In this document: positions 44,942 through 53,998 of the stretch, piece after piece | Layout: every line of letters starts with the position of its first letter | Position numbering within the stretch: the first letter of the stretch is position 1 | Assembly: GCA_024238995.1 (NCBI GenBank) | Contig: JANBVL010000003.1 | Span: 6,098-70,097 of the forward strand | From: Patescibacteria group bacterium | GTDB taxonomy: Bacteria > Patescibacteriota > Minisyncoccia > Minisyncoccales > JANBVM01 | DNA length: 64,000 nt | Direction: 5' to 3' | The notes under the pieces: model-generated | Seen by the model: the letters and a program-made list of their open reading frames with translations, nothing else | Databases searched by the model: none | Told to the model about the DNA's origin: nothing | Program-made: the position numbers and the translations under genes

Positions 44942-46657
44942 CTAATCAGACAACTGATTGATTTTAGTTCTTGTCATTGGTCCAACAAAACCAGTTCCTG
45001 ATTCTAAACCTATTGGAGTTAAAATCTCACTGGAATATTTGTCTTGAAAACGGATAACGGCTTGTTTTGTTAAAGAAAGAAAGTTTCCTGTGATTAAACC
45101 TTCAGGATAAATGTCTGTTCCTTGAGATTTTAAAAATTCCTGCAAACATTTTATTTCATTATCATTTGTCATGCCATAATAAAGGTTTTTATCAAAACTA
45201 GTACAATCTCCATTTGACACTGAACCTGTGCCTAAAAGCGCATCTAATTGCGCTTGAAGTCTTGTTATCTCTTTTCTAAGTTCATCAATTTGAGCTAAAA
45301 GCTTAGCTGTTAATTCATCTTCTTGCGGCTCTTCTGATTCTTCGACAGTAGAAGCTGACCAGAAAAAAGAAATAGAAGGTTCTGAATCTAAAAAATTAGA
45401 AGTTTTATTTTGAGCAGAAGGAATAATTGTTAAAGAAATATTTGAAGAACCGAATCCAGAAACATAGATATTTGCCTTGCCATCACTATCTGGTTCTAAA
45501 AAAGTAATTGATAGTTCGCCTTGATCATTTTGAACTAAATAAGGGATCTTGAACTTAGTCAAAGAAGAAGTTATAAATTCCACTTTCAAATCTCCGTGAT
45601 TGCCACCAATGAATTTATGCCAGTTTCCTGCCCAGTCTTTAGTTGTATTTGTAACTGATAAGGTGCTTTTTCCAATTGAAGGAAGATAATTGATTAAAGG
45701 ATTAAGTTTCAGATTTTTTAAGTTGTTATTTAAATAACAATATTTATTAAATAAAGAACAATCATTAATTAAAATAGCAATGGTCCAATCAGTAAAAATC
45801 TGACTAAAATCTTCCTCAAATCCAGCTTTCATTAATGCAGAATTTAAACTCTGGATGCCTGTCTGCGAACTTTTTAAGGAATCTATTAAAATCCTTACAC
45901 CATAATGGTCAACTAAATAATGTATAAATAAACTTGCCACCCCATAATCATAAGAAAGATTTCTCCATTCAGTTAAAGAATCATAAGGTTTGTCTAAAAA
46001 ATTCTGTATCCTTCTTTGTAAATCACTTCCTTCAAAAACTTCATTATATCCTAACATGCTTGATACATATTCTGAACGCGCTTCATTTAACCAAATATCT
46101 TCAGAAACCCCATAAATTTTTTCTTTCTGATTAAAAGAAATCAAATGCTGAAACTCATGAGCTAAAAAGCTTTTTGCTAAATCACTACCTAAATTCAAAG
46201 CATTAAAATAAATCATCTCTTTCTCGTTTGAAGTAAGGATTTGAGATTTTGGAAATTCATCAGCGCTGTTAAAATAACTGCCGACCTGCTCATTCATTGG
46301 ATGCATTAAGATTGTAATCCTTAAGTCTTTATCTATCCCTGGCTTCCATTCAGAGCCAAAATTCTGAGTTAAAACAGGATAAATATTGGTTGTGAATTCT
46401 TGAGACAAGGCAGTTATTGCGTTATTCATTTCAAACTGTTCGTTTTCTTCTAATCCATCCCACCAGCCATTATCTACATACCAATATGCTGTTTGGGAAA
46501 TTTCTCTTAAAGTAGCCTGAATTTGTTCTCTTTTTAAAGAATCATAAGAAGATTCAATATAAAAACTAGCTGAATCCCCTAGGACTTGTTCAGCTTTAAC
46601 AAAAATAGGTAAAAAAACAATGATTAAAATGATTGAAATAAAAGTTAAATTTTTCAT
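44942..46657 (-). CDS. secreted zinc-metallopeptidase-like protein with C-terminal peptidoglycan-binding domain
   Basis: 571 aa with signal peptide MKNLTFISIILIIVFLPIFVKA. The gluzincin-like motif is HEFQH-x20-E within WLNEARSEY. A coiled coil follows, then a PG_binding_1-like C-terminus (CLQEFLKSQG..GNFLSLTKQAVIRFQDKY). Confidence 0.6.
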   Translation of the reverse strand: MKNLTFISIILIIVFLPIFVKAEQVLGDSASFYIESSYDSLKREQIQATLREISQTAYWYVDNGWWDGLEENEQFEMNNAITALSQEFTTNIYPVLTQNFGSEWKPGIDKDLRITILMHPMNEQVGSYFNSADEFPKSQILTSNEKEMIYFNALNLGSDLAKSFLAHEFQHLISFNQKEKIYGVSEDIWLNEARSEYVSSMLGYNEVFEGSDLQRRIQNFLDKPYDSLTEWRNLSYDYGVASLFIHYLVDHYGVRILIDSLKSSQTGIQSLNSALMKAGFEEDFSQIFTDWTIAILINDCSLFNKYCYLNNNLKNLKLNPLINYLPSIGKSTLSVTNTTKDWAGNWHKFIGGNHGDLKVEFITSSLTKFKIPYLVQNDQGELSITFLEPDSDGKANIYVSGFGSSNISLTIIPSAQNKTSNFLDSEPSISFFWSASTVEESEEPQEDELTAKLLAQIDELRKEITRLQAQLDALLGTGSVSNGDCTSFDKNLYYGMTNDNEIKCLQEFLKSQGTDIYPEGLITGNFLSLTKQAVIRFQDKYSSEILTPIGLESGTGFVGPMTRTKINQLSD

Positions 46658-46682
46658 GTATTCATTTACTTTTCCACAAAAA

Positions 46683-48683
46683 CTAATCTAATTCAATGCC
46701 TAAAGCTTTGTAAATTTCAGTTACTTTTTTAACATCTTCTGCGTTATTTCTCCAATTATAGCCAGCTGCTTCTGCATCTTTAACTTTCTCAAGGGCTTGC
46801 TCGTATTGACCTGTTATGTAATAAACCGTGGCTAAATACCAATGGGATCGGGCCATTCTTGGCTCCAATTCAATTGCCTTTTTAAACAAATCAAAAGTTG
46901 CTTGACTTTCACCTTGCGCCAGCTTCACTTCAGCTAAATGCCAGTAACCCTGCTGATTGGTAGGGCTTAATTCTATTGCTTTTTCAAAAACCCGTTCTGC
47001 TGAATCCAATTTTTCCTTGTCAAGACTAAAACGATAATCAGTGAAATAAAGTCTGCCTAAAAAAAGATAGGGGCGGAAATCTAAAGAATTCTTTCTAATG
47101 CTTTCCTCCATTTGCTCTTCACCGATATCAAAAGCTAGTTTCACAGCCTCTTTATCATTTTGAGAATTAAAAGTAGACTGATAAATTTTCAAAGCAAACT
47201 GTTCTCTAATTTCATATTTTTCCATTAAAGTGTTTAATGATTTTTTATAAGCCACCGTCATCTCTTCTGGATTATCAGAAGCAATAACTATTTCAACAAC
47301 ACTTACAGCGCTTGAAAATGGCTGGATATTGCCAAAATAAAGAAGCAAAGTAGTTAATGATATGATAAGGCCAAAAACAATATTTCGTCCCAATCCTTCT
47401 TTAATAAAATTAGATGGCTCTTCAGCTGAATCTGAAAAGGAATATTTTTCTTCATTTATTAAAAAACTAACAAATCCTAAACTTAAAAAGAATACTGTAT
47501 AGCTTGAAATCATATCAAAAACAAGCAGATTTTGGGCAAAGTAAATAATTAATAAAGCTGCCATTATTAAACAAGGCATCATGTTTTCTTCTTTTTTTAA
47601 ACAGATTTTAAAAAGTGCGAAAATGGAAACTGCGAAAATCAATAAATGACTTAAAAGCCCGATTACCCCACTATTTACCAAAGTATCTAAGACAATATTA
47701 TGAACCCTGTCAAACCAAATCTCTCCCCCGCACTCTGATAGGAATACACAGGGATTAAAGAATTTAGTAAAAACTACATTAAAATTCTCTGGCCCCCAAC
47801 CAAAGATTGGTTTTTCTAAAAATCCTTTCCAGCCTTTTTCCCAAACAACAAATCTTGGCTTCATGTCTTTTAAGACGTTTCCAACTCTGTCTTTAAGAAA
47901 AGAGGGTTGAATAACCAGTGCAGCAATGGCTAAAATCACTAAACAAAGAATCAAACCAGTTCCTATTTTTTGAAGCTTTTTTTTCTTAGAAAACAGTAAA
48001 TAACCCAATAATATTAGAAACAGACCAAACCAAAAAGAAATAATTGCTCCTCTAGCAGTAGATATTAATAAGGTTGGAATCAAGAAAAGCAGAGATATTC
48101 CAGAAAAAATTCGTAAAAATGAGCTTTTTTTTGTTAAGAACAAGACTAAAGCAAAGAAAATGTCGAAAAGCAGATAAGCTGCCAGAAAAGAGGTATTGCC
48201 AATTGCTCCTCCTCCTCTGCTAGAAAGTTGACTGTTAGTTAAGACACCAATACAAAGAATAATTCCCACCAACACTGACACAGCAAGAATCTTTTCCCAA
48301 TCTTCTCTTTTTTTGAAAGTGCTTGTTAGAATAACAAAAAAAGCTAAGAGGTGAAGAAAAGTAAAAATCCCTGTCATTCTTTCGTAAGTACTCCAAAAAC
48401 TCCTTTCAAAATTAATACCCAAAACAGATGTTACTATCAATACAAAAATGAAGGTCAAAATAGCAGTAAGTATAATATTAGGTTTTGGCCGATAACGAGG
48501 AAACAATAATATCAGGATTAGATAAGCAGCCAGCATAATCTCCACTAAAATCCTGAAATAAATAGTCTTTGGAGTAACAAAAGGAAAAAAAGAATAACGG
48601 TAAACAATTACTGGAGCAAACAAGGCTAAATATGCTCCTGTTTTGATTATGAAAAGACAAATTTTTTTCAATGCTTGAATCAT
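46683..48683 (-). CDS. O-antigen ligase family (Wzy_C) membrane protein fused to C-terminal TPR repeats
   Basis: 666 aa with about 12 TM and the GWGPENF motif after the ligase loop. The C-terminal ~200 aa are TPR-like (AIELSPTNQQGYWHLAEVKLAQG.., AIELEPRMARSHWYLATVYYITGQYEQA). Confidence 0.75.
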   Translation of the reverse strand: MIQALKKICLFIIKTGAYLALFAPVIVYRYSFFPFVTPKTIYFRILVEIMLAAYLILILLFPRYRPKPNIILTAILTFIFVLIVTSVLGINFERSFWSTYERMTGIFTFLHLLAFFVILTSTFKKREDWEKILAVSVLVGIILCIGVLTNSQLSSRGGGAIGNTSFLAAYLLFDIFFALVLFLTKKSSFLRIFSGISLLFLIPTLLISTARGAIISFWFGLFLILLGYLLFSKKKKLQKIGTGLILCLVILAIAALVIQPSFLKDRVGNVLKDMKPRFVVWEKGWKGFLEKPIFGWGPENFNVVFTKFFNPCVFLSECGGEIWFDRVHNIVLDTLVNSGVIGLLSHLLIFAVSIFALFKICLKKEENMMPCLIMAALLIIYFAQNLLVFDMISSYTVFFLSLGFVSFLINEEKYSFSDSAEEPSNFIKEGLGRNIVFGLIISLTTLLLYFGNIQPFSSAVSVVEIVIASDNPEEMTVAYKKSLNTLMEKYEIREQFALKIYQSTFNSQNDKEAVKLAFDIGEEQMEESIRKNSLDFRPYLFLGRLYFTDYRFSLDKEKLDSAERVFEKAIELSPTNQQGYWHLAEVKLAQGESQATFDLFKKAIELEPRMARSHWYLATVYYITGQYEQALEKVKDAEAAGYNWRNNAEDVKKVTEIYKALGIELD

Positions 48684-48689
48684 TCAATT

Positions 48690-48717
48690 ATTTTAGCCAA
48701 TATGTAAGATATTGCAA
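48690..48717 (-). promoter_or_regulatory. promoter of the ligase gene, leaderless geometry, shared -35
   Basis: On the minus strand: TTGCAA (48717-48712), 16 bp, TAAAAT (48695-48690), 6 nt, then ATG (48683). Confidence 0.55.
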
Positions 48718-48740
48718 ATTTTAACGCTTTTTACTAAAAT
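48712..48740 (+). promoter_or_regulatory. promoter of the plus-strand glycan operon, leaderless geometry, shared -35
   Basis: TTGCAA (48712-48717), 17 bp, TAAAAT (48735-48740), 6 nt, then ATG (48747). Confidence 0.6.
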
Positions 48741-48746
48741 ATATCT

Positions 48747-50051
48747 ATGTCAAGTATGAGGAAAATCCTTGTTTTTTTGGGGGATATTTTCTTAATCTAT
48801 CTCTCACTTTTTCTAACCTTATTGTTAGGGTTTTTTGGTGAATTTAGTTTTGAAATATTCTCTTTGCATGTGTTGCCTTTTTCCATTATTTATGTTTTTT
48901 GGTTCATTATTTTCTATATTTTCGGCCTTTACGACCTTCATTTGATTAAAACTAAAACCTCTTTTTATGCCAATACTCTTGGGGCCCTTGCTGTAAGTTT
49001 AGTTCTGGGAATGCTTTTCTTTTATACAGTTCCTTTTTTTGAAATTGCTCCAAAAACCAATTTAGTAATAAATATTTTAATTTTTGGAATCTTGTTTTTA
49101 GGCTGGCGCAGATTATTTTATTCTCTGTTTTCAGTGCACTTTTTAAACAGAACCATAATAATGGGGAAAGGTTCTGAAGTTGAAATATTAAAAGAAGAAA
49201 TTAATGAAAAACCTTATCTCGGCTATAAGATAATTTCAATAGATATAAATAAAGATCTTTTTTCTCAGATTCAAAAACATAACATTGACACAGTGATTTT
49301 CACAGAAGAATTTGAATCAAACCCTGAAATGCTTAAAGCCCTTTATTTTTGTTTACCAGCTAGAGTAAACTTTTTAGAATTTGCTAAAGCTTATGAATTG
49401 ATTTATGAAAAAATTCCGGTCTCAACAGTTTCTCAATCCTGGTTTTTAGAGAATATAAAGGAAAGAGAGAAAAGTTTTTATGATGAAACAAAAAGGATTT
49501 TTGATATAATTTCAGCCAGCTTTTTATTCATTCTAACTCTCCCCCTTTGGCCTTTTATTGCCATGGCTATTAAATTAGAAGATAAAGGTTATGTATTTTA
49601 TTCTCAGAAAAGAATTGGAAAAGACAGAAATTCTTTTGTTTTATATAAATTCAGGTCAATGAAAGTTGGAGCAGAAAAAGAGAATGCTGTTTGGGCAGAA
49701 AAAGAAGACAAAAGAATAACTAAAGTTGGAAAGTTTTTAAGACAAAGTCATTTAGATGAAATCCCTCAAATGATAAATGTAATAAAAGGAGATATTTCTT
49801 TGGTTGGACCAAGACCAGAAAGGCCAGAGTTTGTTGAAAAACTAGAGAGAGAAATTCCCCATTATCATTTAAGACATCTAGTAAAACCTGGGTTTACAGG
49901 CTGGGCCCAGATAAAATTCAGGTATGGAAGGTCTTTTATAGACAGCCGTAAAAAATTTCAGTATGATTTATATTATTTGAAAAATAGAAACTTTTTGCTT
50001 GATATAGGAATTTTACTTAGAACTTTTCAATTATTTTTTAAAAAAGAATAA
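48747..50051 (+). CDS. polyprenyl-phosphate glycosyl-1-phosphate transferase (WbaP/bacterial sugar transferase family)
   Basis: 434 aa with 4-5 N-terminal TM. The C-terminal Bac_transf domain carries KRIFDI, LYKFRSM, DEIPQMINVIKGDISLVGPRPE. Confidence 0.88.
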   Translation: MSSMRKILVFLGDIFLIYLSLFLTLLLGFFGEFSFEIFSLHVLPFSIIYVFWFIIFYIFGLYDLHLIKTKTSFYANTLGALAVSLVLGMLFFYTVPFFEIAPKTNLVINILIFGILFLGWRRLFYSLFSVHFLNRTIIMGKGSEVEILKEEINEKPYLGYKIISIDINKDLFSQIQKHNIDTVIFTEEFESNPEMLKALYFCLPARVNFLEFAKAYELIYEKIPVSTVSQSWFLENIKEREKSFYDETKRIFDIISASFLFILTLPLWPFIAMAIKLEDKGYVFYSQKRIGKDRNSFVLYKFRSMKVGAEKENAVWAEKEDKRITKVGKFLRQSHLDEIPQMINVIKGDISLVGPRPERPEFVEKLEREIPHYHLRHLVKPGFTGWAQIKFRYGRSFIDSRKKFQYDLYYLKNRNFLLDIGILLRTFQLFFKKE

Positions 50052-50052
50052 A

Positions 50053-50910
50053 ATGAATCAAATAAAAACATCGATCATTATACCAGCCTATAATGAAGAA
50101 AAGGGAATTGAAAAAGTAATTGCGAATGTCAAAAAACATCTTAACCAAGAATGCGAAATAATAGTAGTTAATGACGGTTCCACTGATAGAACTAAAAACA
50201 TACTGGAACAAATGCCTAGTATTAAAGTTATCAATCATCTCGAAAACCGCGGTTATGGAGCGGCTCTTAAGTCTGGTATCCAAAAGGCCCGAGGAGGATA
50301 TGTTCTAATTATTGATGCTGATGGTACCTATCCAACAGAAAGTATCTCTGATTTACTTAACCAAAAAGAGCGTTACGATATGGTAGTTGGAGCTAGAATA
50401 AATCCTCAGAGTCAAATACCTCTTGCCAGAAAGCCAGTTAAATGGCTGCTTACCCAACTAGCCAACTATTTAACAGGAACCAAAATCCCGGATTTAAATT
50501 CCGGACTCAGAATAATTAAAGGAGATGTTTTAAACCAGTTTATTCATCTCTTGCCTGATGGATTTTCTTTTACTACCACCATTACTTTGGCTTTATTGAC
50601 CAATAACTATCAAGTTAAATACTTTCCCATCAATTATTATAAAAGAAAAGGTGAATCAAAGATAAAACCAATTAGAGATACTTTAAATTTTCTTCAACTA
50701 ATAATTAGAACTATCCTTTATTTTAATCCCCTCAAAGTCTTTATCCCAATTAGTTTAATTTTATTCTTGTTAAGTCTGGGAGTTCTAGTCTATAGCTATT
50801 TTTTCACGCCTCAAATAATGGATATTACTATTGTTATTTTTTTCATTTCAGCCATTCAAATATTGGCAATCGGCATGATAGCTGATTTAATTGTTAAAAG
50901 TAGAAAATAA
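50053..50910 (+). CDS. family-2 glycosyltransferase, polyprenol-phosphate sugar synthase-like (GtrB/ArnC/DPM1-like)
   Basis: 285 aa with SIIIPAYNEE, VVNDGSTD and IIDADG (DxD), plus two C-terminal TM helices. Confidence 0.8.
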   Translation: MNQIKTSIIIPAYNEEKGIEKVIANVKKHLNQECEIIVVNDGSTDRTKNILEQMPSIKVINHLENRGYGAALKSGIQKARGGYVLIIDADGTYPTESISDLLNQKERYDMVVGARINPQSQIPLARKPVKWLLTQLANYLTGTKIPDLNSGLRIIKGDVLNQFIHLLPDGFSFTTTITLALLTNNYQVKYFPINYYKRKGESKIKPIRDTLNFLQLIIRTILYFNPLKVFIPISLILFLLSLGVLVYSYFFTPQIMDITIVIFFISAIQILAIGMIADLIVKSRK

Positions 50911-50915
50911 TTATT

Positions 50916-52319
50916 ATGGACATTCTTTTCATTAATCCCCCATCACCGGACAACTCAATTATTATTAGAGATTTCAATCGTTCGGGCAGAACAAGCAAAG
51001 AAAGAATCATTTGGCCTCAAACTAGTTTGGCCTATTTAGCCGCTATGACCCCTGAAAATCTTAAAATAGAAATACTTGACTGTATAGCTGAAAAAATAAA
51101 CTGGGATAAATTTTTGAAGATATTGAATATTAAAAAACCTCGCTATGTGGTATCTCATGTCATAACCTCTACCGCCCGAAATGATTTAAGGGTGTTTGAA
51201 GAAGCAAAAAAGATAGGTGCCATTACTATAACCATGGGTCCTCATGTAACAGAGCTTCCTGAAAAAACATTACGAGAAAACCTTGACCTAGATTTTGTTA
51301 TTGTTGGTGAACCTGAAATTACTTTTAGAGAATTAATTAAAAATCTTGAAACTAAAATCCACGATTTTGGGAAAATAAAAGGTCTGGCCTATCGTATTCA
51401 GGAAAAAATAAAAATAAATGAAAGAAGAGAATTCTTAGCAAATTTAGATGAATTACCTATCCCCCGCCACGACCTGTTGCCTTTGAATAAATATGTTTTT
51501 CCTTTTATGGCTTCCAAATTTACTTTTGTCCTTTCTGAAAGAGGATGTCCTTTCCCTTGTACTTTCTGCCGTCAACCAATTATGTGGGAAAGAAAAATTA
51601 GACACAGATCTCCTGAAAGTATAATCAAAGAATTAAAAATCCTTAAAGAAATAGGATTAAAAGAGTTTATTTTCCATTCAGATACTTTTACCATAGATAA
51701 AGATATAGTTATGAAGCTTTGTCAAATGATGATTAATGAAAACTTTAATTTTAGATGGGCTTGTAATAGTCGAGTAGATACAGTAGACGAAGAAATGCTA
51801 AAATTAATGAAAAAAGCGGGTTGTTGGATGATTGCCTATGGCATTGAGTCAGGATCTCCAGAAATTTTAAAAAAATGTGAAAAGGAAGCCACAGTGGAAC
51901 AAGCAGAAAAAACTGTTAAATTAACTCACGAAAATGGCATTAAAGTCTATGGATATTTCATAATAGGGCTTCTCGGTGAAACCCAAAAAACCATTCAGGA
52001 AACAATTGAATTCTCCAAAAAACTACCTATTACTTTCGCTATTTTCCATATTGCCTCTCCTTATCCTGGAACTAAATTCTATCAACAAGTTAAAGAAAAA
52101 GGATGGTTGGTTTCAGAAAAATGGGAAAACATTGATCAGGGCAGAAATGCTCCTATTCATTATCCTCAACTCTCTGGAAAAGAAATAATGGCTGGAACTA
52201 AAAAAGCTTACAGGTCATTCTATCTAAGGCCAAAAGTAATTTTAAATATCCTATGCTCAATTCGTAATTTTGGAGACCTTGAAGCGCTTTTCCGAGCCGG
52301 AATAGCACAACTTTTCTAA
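50916..52319 (+). CDS. B12-binding-domain radical SAM enzyme (class B)
   Basis: 467 aa. A Rossmann-like domain of about 190 aa precedes the radical SAM cluster motif ERGCPFPCTFC (CxxxCxxC). Confidence 0.75.
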   Translation: MDILFINPPSPDNSIIIRDFNRSGRTSKERIIWPQTSLAYLAAMTPENLKIEILDCIAEKINWDKFLKILNIKKPRYVVSHVITSTARNDLRVFEEAKKIGAITITMGPHVTELPEKTLRENLDLDFVIVGEPEITFRELIKNLETKIHDFGKIKGLAYRIQEKIKINERREFLANLDELPIPRHDLLPLNKYVFPFMASKFTFVLSERGCPFPCTFCRQPIMWERKIRHRSPESIIKELKILKEIGLKEFIFHSDTFTIDKDIVMKLCQMMINENFNFRWACNSRVDTVDEEMLKLMKKAGCWMIAYGIESGSPEILKKCEKEATVEQAEKTVKLTHENGIKVYGYFIIGLLGETQKTIQETIEFSKKLPITFAIFHIASPYPGTKFYQQVKEKGWLVSEKWENIDQGRNAPIHYPQLSGKEIMAGTKKAYRSFYLRPKVILNILCSIRNFGDLEALFRAGIAQLF

Positions 52320-52322
52320 AAT

Positions 52323-53012
52323 ATGAACCAAAAAAATATAAATCAAGAATTAGCTCAATGGAATGATCAAATGGTTAAAAAACACCACTCAAAAGGTGTA
52401 CCCCTTGAAAGTAAAAATATATTTTTAAGAACTATTGAAAAGATGAGATTGAAAAAAATTATTCAACTAGCTCAACTTAAAAAAAATGACCTTGTTTTAG
52501 ACTTAGGATGCGGGGAGGGCTCTTTAATCTCTCTAATGCCTGACCTTCTCCAAAAAATAGTTGGACTTGATATTTCTAAAATTGCTCTAAGCAGAGCTAG
52601 AAAAAATTTAAAAGAAAAAGAGGGAGTTGAATTGAGATTAGGAAATGCCGAGAACTTAGATCTTCCAAATGAATCTTTTGATAAAATTATCTGTTCAGAA
52701 ATGCTCGAACACGTCCCTCGACCCAGAAAGGTTATGAAAGAAATACACAAAATCTTAAAAAACGATGGTCTTCTGGTTATTAGTGTGCCAGATGAAAAAA
52801 GAATACAATTTATTATGAAAATCGCTAAAATTCTCTATTTAAATAAAATATTGGGCGCTTGCCGAGAAGAAGAAGAATATGACTGGCATCTTCATCGAGC
52901 AGATAAAAAATTCATTACTGATATATCTAAAGGACTTTTTGAAATACAAAAAATCTATAGAATCCCGTCTATGATTGGATATCATTTTATAGCCACTCTT
53001 GCAAAAAAATGA
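52323..53012 (+). CDS. class I SAM-dependent methyltransferase
   Basis: 229 aa with motif I VLDLGCGEG and the post-I/II motifs DKIICSEMLEHV. Confidence 0.85.
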   Translation: MNQKNINQELAQWNDQMVKKHHSKGVPLESKNIFLRTIEKMRLKKIIQLAQLKKNDLVLDLGCGEGSLISLMPDLLQKIVGLDISKIALSRARKNLKEKEGVELRLGNAENLDLPNESFDKIICSEMLEHVPRPRKVMKEIHKILKNDGLLVISVPDEKRIQFIMKIAKILYLNKILGACREEEEYDWHLHRADKKFITDISKGLFEIQKIYRIPSMIGYHFIATLAKK

Positions 53013-53998
53013 AAATATCAGTTATTATTGCCACATACAATGATCCTCAACTTAAAAAATGTTTGGATTCTCTGTATGCATCTCAAGACGCAGATTTTGA
53101 AGTGATTGTAATTGATGATGGTTCAACTACGGTGGATGTAGAACAAGTTGTTAATAATTATTCTGCCTATTATTGTTTAAAACTTGAAAAAAACACAGGT
53201 CCGTCCATAAGTCGTAACTTTGGCGCCAAACAGGCTAAGGGTAAGATACTCTTTTTTCTTGATTCAGACGCCCAAGTTTATCCTGATACTTTAATTAAAA
53301 TTCAAAGGCGTTTTGAAAAAGAGCCAAAACTTCAAGGTTTATCTATTATCTGGAGTGATGAACCAATTAAAGACACTTTTTTTAATAAATTTAAAGCAAT
53401 AGAAATGAATTATAATTTTAAACACCTTTTTAATTGTAGCTGGGGCAGTAATGGCTCAGCAATTTATAAGGATATTTTTTTAGCAGAAGGAGGGTTTGAT
53501 GAGAAATTTAGAAAAGTTTATGGTGAAGATTTTTTTCTTGGGTTGAAATTGTTTGGTAAGGGTTATAATATTAGTCTTGATAAAAATATTTTAATGAAAC
53601 ATTGTTTTTATGAAAAATACTTTTTAGGTTTGAAAAAATATTCAATGCGGGCTTTTTTAAGAGCTAGAGAATTAGCTTCAGTAAAAAATAAGCTTGAAAC
53701 AAGCTATAATAGTAAAAGATTCCAGGCTCTTTATTTATTATCAATTTTTACAATATTTTTTGGAATCCTAGGTTTGTTCTTGTCTATACCCTTATTATGT
53801 TTAGTGGCTATTGGCTTGTATCTAATTTTCTTTAATTTAGTTCTTAAACTTTATGTTGCCTTTTATAAAAAGTATGGTCTAACTTTTTTTATTAAAGCTG
53901 TAATAACACATTACTTTTACATTTTATCAATTTCAATTTCAGGTATTTTAGGATTCCTGATTGGTAAGATGTTTAAGAAAAAATCTTATGAATTTTAA
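53009..53998 (+). CDS. family-2 glycosyltransferase with C-terminal membrane helices
   Basis: 329 aa with SVIIATYND, VIVIDDGS and FLDSDA (DxD). The C-terminal ~90 aa are hydrophobic. Confidence 0.8.
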   Translation: MKISVIIATYNDPQLKKCLDSLYASQDADFEVIVIDDGSTTVDVEQVVNNYSAYYCLKLEKNTGPSISRNFGAKQAKGKILFFLDSDAQVYPDTLIKIQRRFEKEPKLQGLSIIWSDEPIKDTFFNKFKAIEMNYNFKHLFNCSWGSNGSAIYKDIFLAEGGFDEKFRKVYGEDFFLGLKLFGKGYNISLDKNILMKHCFYEKYFLGLKKYSMRAFLRARELASVKNKLETSYNSKRFQALYLLSIFTIFFGILGLFLSIPLLCLVAIGLYLIFFNLVLKLYVAFYKKYGLTFFIKAVITHYFYILSISISGILGFLIGKMFKKKSYEF

